Below are positions 50,561 through 61,500 of a DNA stretch of 64,000 bases, piece after piece. Both the position numbers and the translations under genes were made by a program. The stretch's first letter is position 1. Each line of letters begins with the position of its first letter. The notes beneath the pieces were generated by a model. It had not been told where the DNA came from and made no database searches. It saw only the letters and a list, made by a program, of their open reading frames with translations. This DNA is from a virus: positions 1-64,000 of the IMG/VR virus record IMGVR_UViG_3300010403_000003, one strand, 5' to 3'.

Positions 50561-50928
50561 TCACACATTTGGGTGATTGCCAGCCGCTTTTATCACAGTT
50601 TTCAGGTCGTCGGTTTGCTTTTCGATGGCCATTTTGATGCTTTCCGTTCGCACATCGAACGCGGCGCGATCTTTTTCCTGAGATTTATCGTGTTGGTCCT
50701 GCATATAGCGGACCTCCTCTTTCTGCGAACCAACAACCTCTTTGAGCGACTCTTTCTGCGTCAGAATGACATCGCTCAAAGCGCTTGTGAACTTGGTCGC
50801 GAGTTCTTGGCGGCGTTCGGCGTCTTCTTTGCGCTCCGCACAGCCCCAAGTAGTCCCGCGCCGACCCAGCCCGCGCCGCCGCTCAAAGACTCCACGGCCT
50901 GCGCGAGAATGATGGCGCTCAAGAGCAT
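50561..50928 (-). pseudogene. frameshifted holin-like gene
   Basis: GGAGG-ATG 50928 MLLSAIILAQAVESLSGGAGWVGAGLLGAV; the coiled-coil continuation is in the -1 frame. Confidence 0.5.
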
Positions 50929-50991
50929 CGTCGCCCTCCGTCAGCGGCGGCGTGGCCATTTGGTAGGCCACTCGCCGCGAATCTTGCGTTC

Positions 50992-51252
50992 TTAAGCAGT
51001 CGGCGGCGCGGGCGGGGGCGTCAGCGCGTCGAGGGCCTCGATCTTGGTCCCGGCCGCGTTGCCGCGCGCCTCGATCTGGTCGAGCAACGCTTGGTCTTCG
51101 GGGGTCAGTTGTCCCTGAGTCGCCTGCAATTGGGCGATGAGTTCGTTCAGTTTGGTGATGTCGCCAGAGACGCCATCGATGCCCTTGTCGATTTTGTCCA
51201 AGTAGGCTGTCGTCTGGTCGAAATGTTTCTGGACTGCGGGGGAAACTGCCAT
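50992..51252 (-). CDS. small coiled-coil protein
   Basis: TAAGGAG RBS; LTPEDQALLDQIE. Confidence 0.7.
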   Translation of the reverse strand: MAVSPAVQKHFDQTTAYLDKIDKGIDGVSGDITKLNELIAQLQATQGQLTPEDQALLDQIEARGNAAGTKIEALDALTPPPAPPTA

Positions 51253-52058
51253 GGCAACAACTCCTTAAGTGGAAACAAAACAAGCGGTTCATTGGGCCGG
51301 GTTCTTGTCGTCGAGCGCCTTGAGCCGCGCCGCGCTCCGCTTCAATCGCGATTCGAGATGGGTCAAAAGGATGATGTCGTCCGCGGAAACGCCTTGCTCC
51401 ATGTGGATATGGACCGGCCCGGTTATGGTAAGGCGATGCTCGTAGCCTTGGAAAATCTTCGGCATTCGCTCGGCTTCGTCGTGCATGTTGGGCCTCGCTC
51501 GCTTGATTCTAGCCGCTTATCGCTCTCGTGTCTATGAACGTCTACGAAAGAGCGTTCAGGCATTATTTTCTGACGTTTTGTACACATCTCTGCATCTTTC
51601 TGCGCCGCAATTCCCTCATCGCCGCTTGCTGCAAATCCAGCGGCCGAAACCCGGAGCGCCAAGTCAGTTCGCAAATCGCTATCAGGGCATCGGCAAGGTC
51701 ATTCAATGTCGCGGGCTGTTTGTCCAGATGCCGCTCCCCATGTAAATCGCGTCCTAGGTATTTCGCCGCGGCATAGATCGCCCAAAACTCCGGTATCGCC
51801 ATCGAATTATTTTCGCTGCCGAACATCCGGTTTTCTCGATTCGTCTCGGGGACGGGATTTCGCGGCGTGTTTTTGTTCGGTGGCATCTGATCGCCCCATT
51901 CGTTCAAACGCCCCCGACCGATTGAAGGTCAGCGATTGGCGTGGTGATGACGAACGAAATATCCGCGACCGGCGTGACGCCGATGTGGGACGTATTCACC
52001 GGCCCGCTACCGCCGCCACCCCCCGAACTCGTCAGTAGCAACAAGAGCATAAATCACC

Positions 52059-52706
52059 TCACGAACACAAATTCATCATCGGGCACCAATCGACGGTTGC
52101 CCCGCCCGCGGCTCCGTTGCCGCCAGCCTGATCGGTACTAGTGCCAGCCCGAGCGCCAGAGCCGCCGCCGCCGAACGTGGCCCCGGTCCCGCCTGCCACA
52201 TTGCCCGACGTCTTGCCCGCCGCCCCATTGCCGCCAGGGGAGGCCGCCGTCCCGCCCGTGGTCCCGCTCGCGTTGCCGCCACCCCCGCCACCGCCGCCGC
52301 CAGAATTGCCAACGTCCACGGCGTTCGCCCCGTTGCCCCCGGCCGTCACCGTGTCGCCGACGCCCCCCGTGGTCGAGCCAGTCGCCCCGGTCCCGGTTGT
52401 CGTCGTCGTTGCTCCTCCGATGCCGCCTTTTGCGACGACATCGGTGGAATTGAACGTCGTGTCGTTGCCGTTGACAGTCGCGGTTGTCGAGCCTGTTGCC
52501 GCCCCGCCAATGACGACGTTATAACTCGTGCCCGGCACGAGGTTCCGGATAGATTGCGCCTTTTGGCCACCCGACCCGCCGCCGCCCGCCGATCCGGTTC
52601 CGGTAGCGCCGCCACCGCAACCGCCGCCGCCCCAAAGGATCACGCGGTTGCTGCGTACCTTGGCCACCAAGGCTGTCGTTCCAGAGGTATAGGTAATGAC
52701 GCCCAT
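52059..52706 (-). CDS. glycine-rich tail-associated protein
   Basis: LWGGGGCGG..VPGTSYNVVIG..VVAKGG. Confidence 0.8.
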   Translation of the reverse strand: MGVITYTSGTTALVAKVRSNRVILWGGGGCGGGATGTGSAGGGGSGGQKAQSIRNLVPGTSYNVVIGGAATGSTTATVNGNDTTFNSTDVVAKGGIGGATTTTTGTGATGSTTGGVGDTVTAGGNGANAVDVGNSGGGGGGGGGNASGTTGGTAASPGGNGAAGKTSGNVAGGTGATFGGGGSGARAGTSTDQAGGNGAAGGATVDWCPMMNLCS

Positions 52707-54010
52707 TACGATGGCACCAAAAAATACGTAATCACCACCTGTAGGCCATTTCCCGTAGCATTCCCCGTCGTCGTAATCCGCAAATCTTCCGCGTCCGCGC
52801 CAACTCCTAAGATGCCAGACCCGTCGCCAACGGTCGCTTGTCCGCCAGCTGGAAAACCGCCGTGAGCGAACAGCACCCCGGTCGTCGTCGGCGTGTTGGC
52901 CGCTCCGAAGCCTATCAGCACCGTCGGAAACACCGTCGAGGCATTGTCGAGCGAGACGCTGATTCGCGTGACTACGATTTTGTTCGGAGTCGTTACCGTG
53001 ACGATAGCTATATCGGTGACTGCCGTGGTGATGGTCGTGTGCTTAACCGTGATGACGCCGGGGTCGCCGCCAATTACGAACGGAACCCGCGTCCGGGTCG
53101 CGACAGGATTGACCGCCGCGTCTACGGCTGCGGAATCCGGTGCTGCCCCGCAGACGACGCTGTGCAAGCCGATCGTGTGGACCTTGCTTGAAGCTACGGT
53201 AAATGCGGCCTCGTCGGCGAAAACCGCATCGTCGATCAGTTGCAGCGACGTCAGCGCGGCCCCGTCCACCTGCACGGCGAACGTCCCGGCGTTGGTGACA
53301 GCGTGCGAACCGACCGTGACCGTGTTGGTAATCGGGATGCCCGTGGCCGCGATGAACCGCAACTTGGCGGAAATACTCCCCGTCGCTGAGGCCGCATCCG
53401 CGTTCGCTCCGAATGGGTCCGCGGGCACGGTGAGGACATCGACGTCGCCGATATTGTTGGTGCCGGCCGGGATGGCGCTAGTGATTGGGATTCCGGTCGC
53501 GGCGATGAATCGGAGCTTCGCCGAAATCGAGCCAGTGGCAGACGCAGCGTCCGCGTTGACGCCGAAGGGATCGGCCGGAACAGTGAGAACGTCAACGTCG
53601 CCGATGTTATTGGTCCCCGCTGCGATACTCGTGACCTGCACGGCGAACGTTCCGGAGTTGGTCACGGCCTGTGAAGGCGGGGCCTGAACGCTTGCGGATA
53701 TTTGCTTAAGAACGGACATCGCCGAAATCGCCGTTGTATCTGTCGCCGTATTCTTCGCGTCGGCCTTGGCCCCGAACGTCACATCTGCCCCGTCTGCCAC
53801 GGTGCAAGCCGCTTGCGTGGCAAACGTTCCCGCGTTCGTGACGTTCCATGTTCCTTGCTGAGCCACGGGCAGCCCATTCGACGACGAAGCGAGCGTTACC
53901 GAGTCAAGGACGCCGAAGCCGACCTTGATAATCTGGTAGTGGACGCCGCCGATGTCGTCCGAGGCGATTGTGGTGCCTGAGCCGGCCGTGATTGCTACAT
54001 TATCCGCCAT
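52706..54010 (-). CDS. beta-repeat virion fibre protein
   Basis: Tandem ~44-aa repeat AGTNNIGDVDVLTVPADPFG.NADAASATGSISAKLRFIAATGIPIT. Confidence 0.75.
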   Translation of the reverse strand: MADNVAITAGSGTTIASDDIGGVHYQIIKVGFGVLDSVTLASSSNGLPVAQQGTWNVTNAGTFATQAACTVADGADVTFGAKADAKNTATDTTAISAMSVLKQISASVQAPPSQAVTNSGTFAVQVTSIAAGTNNIGDVDVLTVPADPFGVNADAASATGSISAKLRFIAATGIPITSAIPAGTNNIGDVDVLTVPADPFGANADAASATGSISAKLRFIAATGIPITNTVTVGSHAVTNAGTFAVQVDGAALTSLQLIDDAVFADEAAFTVASSKVHTIGLHSVVCGAAPDSAAVDAAVNPVATRTRVPFVIGGDPGVITVKHTTITTAVTDIAIVTVTTPNKIVVTRISVSLDNASTVFPTVLIGFGAANTPTTTGVLFAHGGFPAGGQATVGDGSGILGVGADAEDLRITTTGNATGNGLQVVITYFLVPS

Positions 54011-54017
54011 TTGTCAC

Positions 54018-57000
54018 CTACGCATGTACTGAGTAAGTTCGTTCGGGCGCGAAGTAAATACGGTCCGCATGAGAAGCCTTGCCGAGAACCTGGATAACCT
54101 CCCCTGTCCCGCTCGGCGCGGTCTGCGTGATCGTCCCCGTCGTCGAGAGGTAGAGCAGTCCGCCGACCGTCCAGGCCCACGCATCGTTGCGCGCCCAGCC
54201 CCGCATCAGGAATATCCCGGCCTCGTCTCCCGCAATCGTCGCCGCGGCCATCGCGTCCGCCGGATAGGTACTACTGCCGTTCGCGTCCGCTTTCCACATC
54301 TTGCCGTCGGATTTGATGTAGACGGGATCGCCAAACGCAAGAAGTTCGCCAGCCGTCAACATCGCCGTTTCGCCGCTGACCGCCAGATCGGTCGAAGGCG
54401 ACGCCTGGAAAAAGCCGTGCGTGACCCAACTTGTCACGCCGTTACCGTCTGTCCGCAAAAACTGATCGGCATTGCCGTCATTCGTCGGCAGCGTCAGCGT
54501 CCACGAACCGGCAGCGGCGGCGGGCTGAATTTGGACGTAGCCAGACATGTTCCCGTAGAGCTTAAGGACGCCCAGCAAAGTCGCATTAAAGCCTACGCTG
54601 AGGATTCCCGTCCCTGACATCCGCATCAATTCGACGGACGTTGTCGAACTTGTCGCCGCGTACCAAACGTGATCCGACGTCGTTGCCCCCACCTGATAGC
54701 GCATCGCGTTCGTGTTGACGCCAAAACCATAGAACTCATGATCGTTGCTCGATATGACGACCGTGATGACTCGATTGATATTGCTCACATTGTTTGACAG
54801 CAGTTGCCGCGAGTCGTTTATCGTCCAGGCGACGTTGTTGCCAACATTGAGCGTGAGCGCCTGGCCGGCAGAGGCGTTAAGCAGCGTCGCACCGGCACCG
54901 GTCTGTATGACCGCGTAATTCGTCGATACTGTCGTCTGGTCCAGGTTGGCATTGCCCAGGAGCAGCATGGAGGGGTCGAGTGCGAACGAGCCGACGAGTG
55001 CCTTGCCGATCCGGGTCTGCCCGATCGCCGCATTGAATGTCCAATTCGACGCCGTCGTCTTCGCGCCTTGAATGCCTGTCGCGCTTGTAAAAAAGCACGG
55101 AAAGCACGTCGCGTCGCCGGATTCATCAACAACGTTGCCCGCACCGTTCGCCACCACATACGCCGTCGTCGCAATCAGCGTCGAATTGTTCCCAAGCGCC
55201 TGCGTCGGTGCCATCGGCTCGCCGGCGTTATTCCCTTGCGAGTCGTAGTTGCCGGCGAAATTTACGACTGTGTGGCCTGAGTCTCTATTCAGGTTCGCCG
55301 GCCCCCAGGTCGCCCCATGTGCGGAAATCGCCGCCTTGCGGTGATTCACGTTCGAGCCGTCGCCCCAATCGATGACGGCCCCATACAGTCCGCCGATGAT
55401 AGTGATGGTCCCCTTTCCCTGAAAGTCGAGCGACTTGGTCAATCCGGACGTGTGTTCCTCGCAATTTTCGAGCAAGATGTATGCGGCTATCCCGCTGTCC
55501 TGTTCGATCCACTTCATCCCAACGTCATCCGCGTCCCAGTGCGTACAGTCACGAAGTGTCACCACCGTTTCAAAAATACACTCCGCGCTTATTTTGATGT
55601 GGGCATCGACGCCGATGTCGCCGGTACTGCTCTCGAAAATGCAGCCGTCGAAAACCCAGCTATTGCCGGGATTGACGACGCTGTAGTCGCAGATGCCCTG
55701 GAAAAGGCAGTCCTGAAACCTAGCGGTATTGGCCCAGGTCTCGACGCCGGTGCCGGAAAATCCAAGGATATAAGTGTGGAACCCTTGCCAGCCGCACGAC
55801 TCGAAGACGATCGCGATCGCACGGCCCAAATCGAAACAGCGGGTCGCTGCGGTGATCATCTCGACGGTGCTGAGCCGGTACGAGAAGTGGCATCGTATAA
55901 ATGACGCCTTGACAGCGCGCCGAGCGTCGATCATCGTGCCGGTGTAGCTATCTGACGTGTATATCCACGCGATATCGGTCGCAACAAACCCGTAATAACT
56001 TAGGTTGTCGTTGTTGCTATTGAGCGTCATCGCGATCGTGTTGCCGACGCCCTCCCAGAGCAATCGCGTATAGCCGGTCCCGGTCAGTGGTGGATACCAG
56101 TTGTAGCCGGCCGCGCCTTCAAAAAATATGCCGTCGTGGAGGCAACTAAGTGTAGTGCTGTAGGGATAATTGAAAGGTCCGAATATGAAATGGCGGGTTC
56201 CCGCTGCGATAGCCGTGTTGAGGATCGGCCCCCAGTCGGTAACGGCGCGGGGATCGTCTGACAGCGAATCGACGCTGGTGAAAACGCCACCGCCGCCAGC
56301 ATCCGCCCAGGTTGTAACGCCGCTGCCGTTCGTTTGAAGGAATTGACTTGGCGATCCGTCAGTTGTCGGAAGCGTGAGCGTCCATGTACCGGCCGAGACT
56401 ATCGTGGTGGTTCCTATGACCAAGCCAGGAACCGTCAAAACCCCCGTGGCTGCGTTTGCCGTGCATCCGTTAATCGTCGCTGGCGACTGCGGCCCGGTCT
56501 GCGTGTTCGCGAACAACGACCAGACGGTTGTATCCGCTCCCGCGTCGATGACGCTGACCGTGGCCGCGTTGCCGCTGATGTTCGTCTGATCGCCGGTGTT
56601 GACGCCTTGAATCGAGGATATGCCCGTAACAGTAAGCGTTGGCGATGCCGAACCGGAGAAAACGACGCCGTTCACAGACGTCGGCGTAATCGCGTCGAGA
56701 GACAGAGAAATTTCTGGCGCTGTCGTTGGGAAAAGAACCGTGCCGCTGATTCCGTTCGCGGGCGTGATAGAAACGGATGTCACACTCCCGGTGCCCGTGC
56801 TTCCGTCCGTTATTCCGTATCCGGCCAAAGTCGTCGGCGTGTCCGTGATTCTTCGCCACGGCACAAGACTGCTCGCGGGATCAACGATACCGCCAGCGCC
56901 GCCCGGCGCGACATTGACGATAACAAACGGCCCGTAGCTAATCGGCACATTACTGCCGACGACGACCAGCCGATACCGATGGACGCCGAGAGCAAAGTCC

Positions 57001-57227
57001 GCCGTCTCCGTCGTCGTGAAAACGACTTCGACGACGCCCGACGGATCGACCACGGAAATGCCCGACGTCTTGTTGAGTTCCGGCGTCTTGGTGACTGCGT
57101 TGGCGAAGGACTGAAATGCGAACGTCAGCCCGGCAATGCCGCCCGCTAGTGGATCGTCGATGATGATGCGAAACGTCTTCGCCTCGTCGAAGGCTTTCGT
57201 CAGCGGATTGTAGCCGGGCGTGCTCAT
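54018..57227 (-). CDS. tail fibre/spike with putative beta-helix domain
   Basis: PTTLAGYGITD, two TLTLPTxDGxxxQFLxTxGxGVTxW joints, central pectin-lyase-like region, DUF2190-like C-terminus. Confidence 0.8.
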   Translation of the reverse strand: MSTPGYNPLTKAFDEAKTFRIIIDDPLAGGIAGLTFAFQSFANAVTKTPELNKTSGISVVDPSGVVEVVFTTTETADFALGVHRYRLVVVGSNVPISYGPFVIVNVAPGGAGGIVDPASSLVPWRRITDTPTTLAGYGITDGSTGTGSVTSVSITPANGISGTVLFPTTAPEISLSLDAITPTSVNGVVFSGSASPTLTVTGISSIQGVNTGDQTNISGNAATVSVIDAGADTTVWSLFANTQTGPQSPATINGCTANAATGVLTVPGLVIGTTTIVSAGTWTLTLPTTDGSPSQFLQTNGSGVTTWADAGGGGVFTSVDSLSDDPRAVTDWGPILNTAIAAGTRHFIFGPFNYPYSTTLSCLHDGIFFEGAAGYNWYPPLTGTGYTRLLWEGVGNTIAMTLNSNNDNLSYYGFVATDIAWIYTSDSYTGTMIDARRAVKASFIRCHFSYRLSTVEMITAATRCFDLGRAIAIVFESCGWQGFHTYILGFSGTGVETWANTARFQDCLFQGICDYSVVNPGNSWVFDGCIFESSTGDIGVDAHIKISAECIFETVVTLRDCTHWDADDVGMKWIEQDSGIAAYILLENCEEHTSGLTKSLDFQGKGTITIIGGLYGAVIDWGDGSNVNHRKAAISAHGATWGPANLNRDSGHTVVNFAGNYDSQGNNAGEPMAPTQALGNNSTLIATTAYVVANGAGNVVDESGDATCFPCFFTSATGIQGAKTTASNWTFNAAIGQTRIGKALVGSFALDPSMLLLGNANLDQTTVSTNYAVIQTGAGATLLNASAGQALTLNVGNNVAWTINDSRQLLSNNVSNINRVITVVISSNDHEFYGFGVNTNAMRYQVGATTSDHVWYAATSSTTSVELMRMSGTGILSVGFNATLLGVLKLYGNMSGYVQIQPAAAAGSWTLTLPTNDGNADQFLRTDGNGVTSWVTHGFFQASPSTDLAVSGETAMLTAGELLAFGDPVYIKSDGKMWKADANGSSTYPADAMAAATIAGDEAGIFLMRGWARNDAWAWTVGGLLYLSTTGTITQTAPSGTGEVIQVLGKASHADRIYFAPERTYSVHA

Positions 57228-57553
57228 GGAGCCCCTCCCGGCGCGACGCTGGTGATGATGAGCGGCCCAAATGCCACGCGCTCACGAGTGCCGGTCATCA
57301 CGCGGTAATAATGGACGCCTAAAGCGAGGTCGGCGGTCTCGTCGGCCGTGAAGGCAACCTCGATGACGGGGGCGGACGAATCGACGACCGCGATGCCGTC
57401 TTCTTTCGTGACTTCGGGCGTCTTCGTTGTCAAGTTCGCGAAAATGTCGAGCGTGAAGACGCTACTTGCAGGCGCTCGATCGAGCGTGACGCGAAACGTC
57501 TTGGCTTCGTCGTAACCCTTCGTCAAAGCGTTATAGCCGGGACTTGCTGTCAT
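57224..57553 (-). CDS. stand-alone fibre anchor (BppU-like) domain
   Basis: Paralogous to the N-terminal ~110 aa of 54018-57227. Confidence 0.7.
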   Translation of the reverse strand: MTASPGYNALTKGYDEAKTFRVTLDRAPASSVFTLDIFANLTTKTPEVTKEDGIAVVDSSAPVIEVAFTADETADLALGVHYYRVMTGTRERVAFGPLIITSVAPGGAP

Positions 57554-57589
57554 AAGGCCAAAATAACGCTATCCCGGTTGATCATTCCA
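57554..57589 (-). promoter_or_regulatory. putative leaderless late promoter
   Basis: TGGAAT GATCAACC N10 TATTTT N6 ATG. Confidence 0.55.
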
Positions 57590-57596
57590 TTTCGAT

Positions 57597-58520
57597 TCAA
57601 GGCGTCACCGCGTCAAATGCGCCGCTGACGCCAACGCCGGTTGGATAATCAACGCCGCCACACGAAACCGTGCTTGGCGATCCTACGGCTGACGTGCTAA
57701 CCGCATTCAAGCTGGCATGAAATGGCGATATTGATACTGCCAAGTCTGCGGAAACCTCGCCGGGAGTCGCAAAATAAGTCCACTGGGCGTCTTTAAGTAT
57801 ATTTCCAGTGGCCACGACCCTTTGCTGGACGCCAAAATCAAACCTCCAAACGCAAACAGCCACTTCACATCGTATCGTGGCGAACCTTGCAACCACTGTG
57901 CCGTCCCCGAGGTCGCAGATCGTTTCAAATTTGAAATATTTGTCGGTAACTTTGTCAAGGTTCATGGTCGCCGGGGGCAATGAGCCAATTGAATAAGTCA
58001 AGGTCGCGGTCGTCGGCATCGAACTCCAGTCTGGGCACACGGATACAACGTCGCAATCGCCAATCGCGAAGTAGAAATCTCCCGATCCGCAGCCGGTGAA
58101 CGAGAACCCAGGCGCAGTTGTTGTGACGCAAAGCGGGTCCGTGCTGACGACGACAACGGACGTCATGCCGCTGATGGTGTTGACCACATCCTGTGTGCCA
58201 TTATTCGTATAGGTGAATTCCGCCGCCCACGAGCCGCCGTCGCACCACAAAACGAAGTCGCGGAATTCTATGTCCCCGCAAATTGCGACGTCATCGCCCA
58301 CATACGCCCAACCTGGCGATACGCCGCCCTTGGCCGTCGGGCTATAGGTGAGCGTGAGCGTCAATTGGACGCAGAGGAATGTCAGCGTAAACGGCAATTC
58401 ACGAGGGACCGCTGTCGGGTTGCACGGCGTTGAAACGGTATCGCAGCAATTGCAATTCGTGGCGAACTTGCCGTCCTTCATAATCCAATCGCTGCCAGAG
58501 CGTGCGAGCGTCAGCGTCAT
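57597..58520 (-). CDS. Cys-rich tail protein
   Basis: CNCC..PC..P..L..T, two similar halves. Confidence 0.65.
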   Translation of the reverse strand: MTLTLARSGSDWIMKDGKFATNCNCCDTVSTPCNPTAVPRELPFTLTFLCVQLTLTLTYSPTAKGGVSPGWAYVGDDVAICGDIEFRDFVLWCDGGSWAAEFTYTNNGTQDVVNTISGMTSVVVVSTDPLCVTTTAPGFSFTGCGSGDFYFAIGDCDVVSVCPDWSSMPTTATLTYSIGSLPPATMNLDKVTDKYFKFETICDLGDGTVVARFATIRCEVAVCVWRFDFGVQQRVVATGNILKDAQWTYFATPGEVSADLAVSISPFHASLNAVSTSAVGSPSTVSCGGVDYPTGVGVSGAFDAVTP

Positions 58521-61500
58521 TAGCAGGCAATCGTTCCGCCGAGTTTGATCGTATCATCGGCTGCCAAGTAAATTGGCTGGTCGGTACTCGACACGCGGGT
58601 TCCGTGCGCGACCAGCAGCGTCGCTAAAAGCGCCAATAGGGACTGAAAACTCGGCAACGCGCTTGAGCCATTGCTCGTAAAGACCCGGTTGTTCGTGCTC
58701 ATGCCGGTTGAGGCCGATTGATAGGCCCCCGTCGTCGTCGTGCCGCCGCAAATTGGTGCGTAGATTGTGGCCGACGTTAGCCCTGTGCCGCCGAAAGGAA
58801 CGGTGACGGCCGCGGTGATGTCGGCTGAACCATTGAAGGAGTTGCCGTAAATGCTCCTGGCCGTTTGTAGCGTCGTCGCCGTCGAGGCGTTGCCGACGAG
58901 GTTCCCGATAAACGTGACTGCCGAAAGAGAATACGCGCTTTGCAAAGTGAGCGTGCCAGCGCCGGCCGTGATTGAGACTGTCTGGCTATTCGCGGCATCC
59001 CACCACTTAATCACGCCGTTTGTCGTTGTGCCTGCCTGGATTGCTCCCGTCGTCGTCACGGATGTCGGCGTAATGTTGCCGAGGCCCAAGGTTATGGTGC
59101 CTGCGGTCGTAATTGGCGAACCCGACACGATTGTGATGCCGTTGTTTCCGGCGATCGCTACGCTCGTCACCGTTCCGGCCGTCTTCCACGTCCCGTCGCC
59201 GAACCATGCCGTGCTTGCCGACGCCCCCGTGCCGCTGTTGAGGTAGCTCACCGGCAGGTTGCCGACTAGGTTCGTGGTGACGTACCCCGAAGCGGCAGTC
59301 AATACTCCGCCCGTAACTGTGCCTAGGTTAGTGTTCTGCAAGACGAACGTCGGCGTGTTGCCGGCCGTCAGCGTCGCGAACGTGCGGTAGACGCTGTCAT
59401 TAGTGTCGTAAGCTTCGAATGCAGTAGTGTCACCGGCGATAACTCCCGGCCTGACGCTGGCTGTGGTGACCGAACCGGTGATGACACCCCCGTTGAACAC
59501 GCCTGCGCCAGTGTTTGATATAGATGCCAGCGTATTGGTGTCAGTGACGTCCCTGACGAGGAGCGCGAGTGCTCCGCTCCCGCCGGTCGTGTTCGCGAGG
59601 ATCGCCGCTCTGGTGCTCAGCACGCCCGTGGAACTGATCGTAGTCGGGGCGTCCTTGATCAGCTTGCCCGTCGTGCCGTCGAATATCGCGACGCGGGTGT
59701 CCGTGGTGCTGCTGATCGAGCTAAAGACGTCGCCGCCACCAGGCGTCGTAGCCCAGACGCCGTCCCCGCGCCAGAACGTAGACGATGAGGCAGATGTGCC
59801 ATTGTTGAGGTTCGCGACGGGTAAATTCCCCGAGATGGTCGAGGCCCCGAGATTGATCGTGAAGCCGGCCCCCGTCGCGCCGCCCGTAAGTGTGCTAACA
59901 CTGGTGAGCGAGGACGCCGTCACTGCGGAATTGAGCGTTGTCCCTGTCAGCGTGCCGGCAGGGGCAATGACGGCGTTGGTCGAGATCGCCGTCACAAGGC
60001 CCTTGGCATTCGCGGTGATCGTCGGAATTGCGGTGGACGAACCAAAACTGCCGACGTTGGAATTGACCGTGGCCAACGTCGTCACGATGGACGACGTCCC
60101 CGAACCCGAAACATCGCCCGACAGGGTAATTGTCGCGTTGACGACCGCTTGGAATGTCGGCAGCGTTGCTGCGCCGTTCGAGGTCAATACTTGGCCGGCC
60201 GTCCCAACCGACGCCACCGATTGCAGCGGGCCGGTAGAAGTCGTACCACCACAGATGACCGCGTAAGGTGTGAAAGCCGAGGCCCCGGACCCGCCGTGGC
60301 CCACGTCGATTGTCGTTGCAAGCCAAGTGCCTGTCGAAACTGATCCGAGGGTCACGAGCGACGTGTTGCCGGCCTTGACGCTGTAGATCGCGGAGAGGTC
60401 CGGGATGTCCGCGACCACGAGAGCGTTCCACGCTGGTGCAGCCGAGACCGAGCCATTTCCCGTCTGCGACAGGAACTTGTTCGTGGTCGTCGTATTGCCG
60501 GCCAGCTTCGAAAGCGTATTCGCCGCCGATGAATAGAGAATATCACCTAGCGTGTAATTTGATTGGTTCGTGCCGCCGTATAGCTCGGCGATTTTCGTGC
60601 CTTGCCATATGCCTGTCGCAATGGTGCCTACCGAGGTCAGCGAGGACGTGACGACATTCCCGGCCAAAGTCGTGCCGGTCAGCGTGCCGGCCGGCGCGAT
60701 AACGGCTGCGGTCGTAATGTTGGTGACGCGACCCTTGACGTCTTTGGTGATGACCGGGATAGCCGTCGAACCGCCCGTCGTGTCGGCGGTCGTCACCGTC
60801 GCGAGCGTCAGGGCCAGATTGCTCGTCGAACCTGGGGCCGTCGCGTCGCCGCTTGCCGTGAATGTCTGATCTCCGCTGTTGACATTGCTGATCGTCGCGT
60901 TCCCGGCCATCGTCAGCGTGCGGTTGCTATCGCCCATAATGATGGACAGCGTCCGGTCTACCGTCAACGCTTCCGAGGTCGCAAAAATCAAATCGTTGGA
61001 AGTCGTGGAGCGGATCGATAGACCGGTCAATTCGATCGCCGTACCGCCCGTGATGTTGGGCGCTGTGATTGTCGGCGTCGTAATCGTCGGCGAGGCGTTG
61101 AAGACGACGAGGCCGGAACCGGTGTTGTCGGAAATGACCGAGTTGAATTCCAGCGACGTCGTCGGCGCGAAGAAAGAGAGCTTGTCGGTCGCGTAGGCGA
61201 CTGTGCCACCGCCGCTGAACTGGATCGTCGCTCCATCGGTGGCGTTGATGGTGATCGTATTGTTGACGTCGAGAGTTTTGCCGCTGAGGATATCGAGCGT
61301 GCCCGTCGTCGGCGTGATCGTGAGGCCGTTGACCGTCACGGGTGTCACGCCGCCGATGTTGCCGATCGTCAAGGCTATGGTGCCCGCCGATGTGATTGGC
61401 GAACCCGAGACGACCGTCAAGCCATTCGCGCCAGAGATCGCTACCGATGTCACGGTCCCGCCAGCCGCCCCGCTGACCGCCGCCCATGTCCCGTCCCCGC

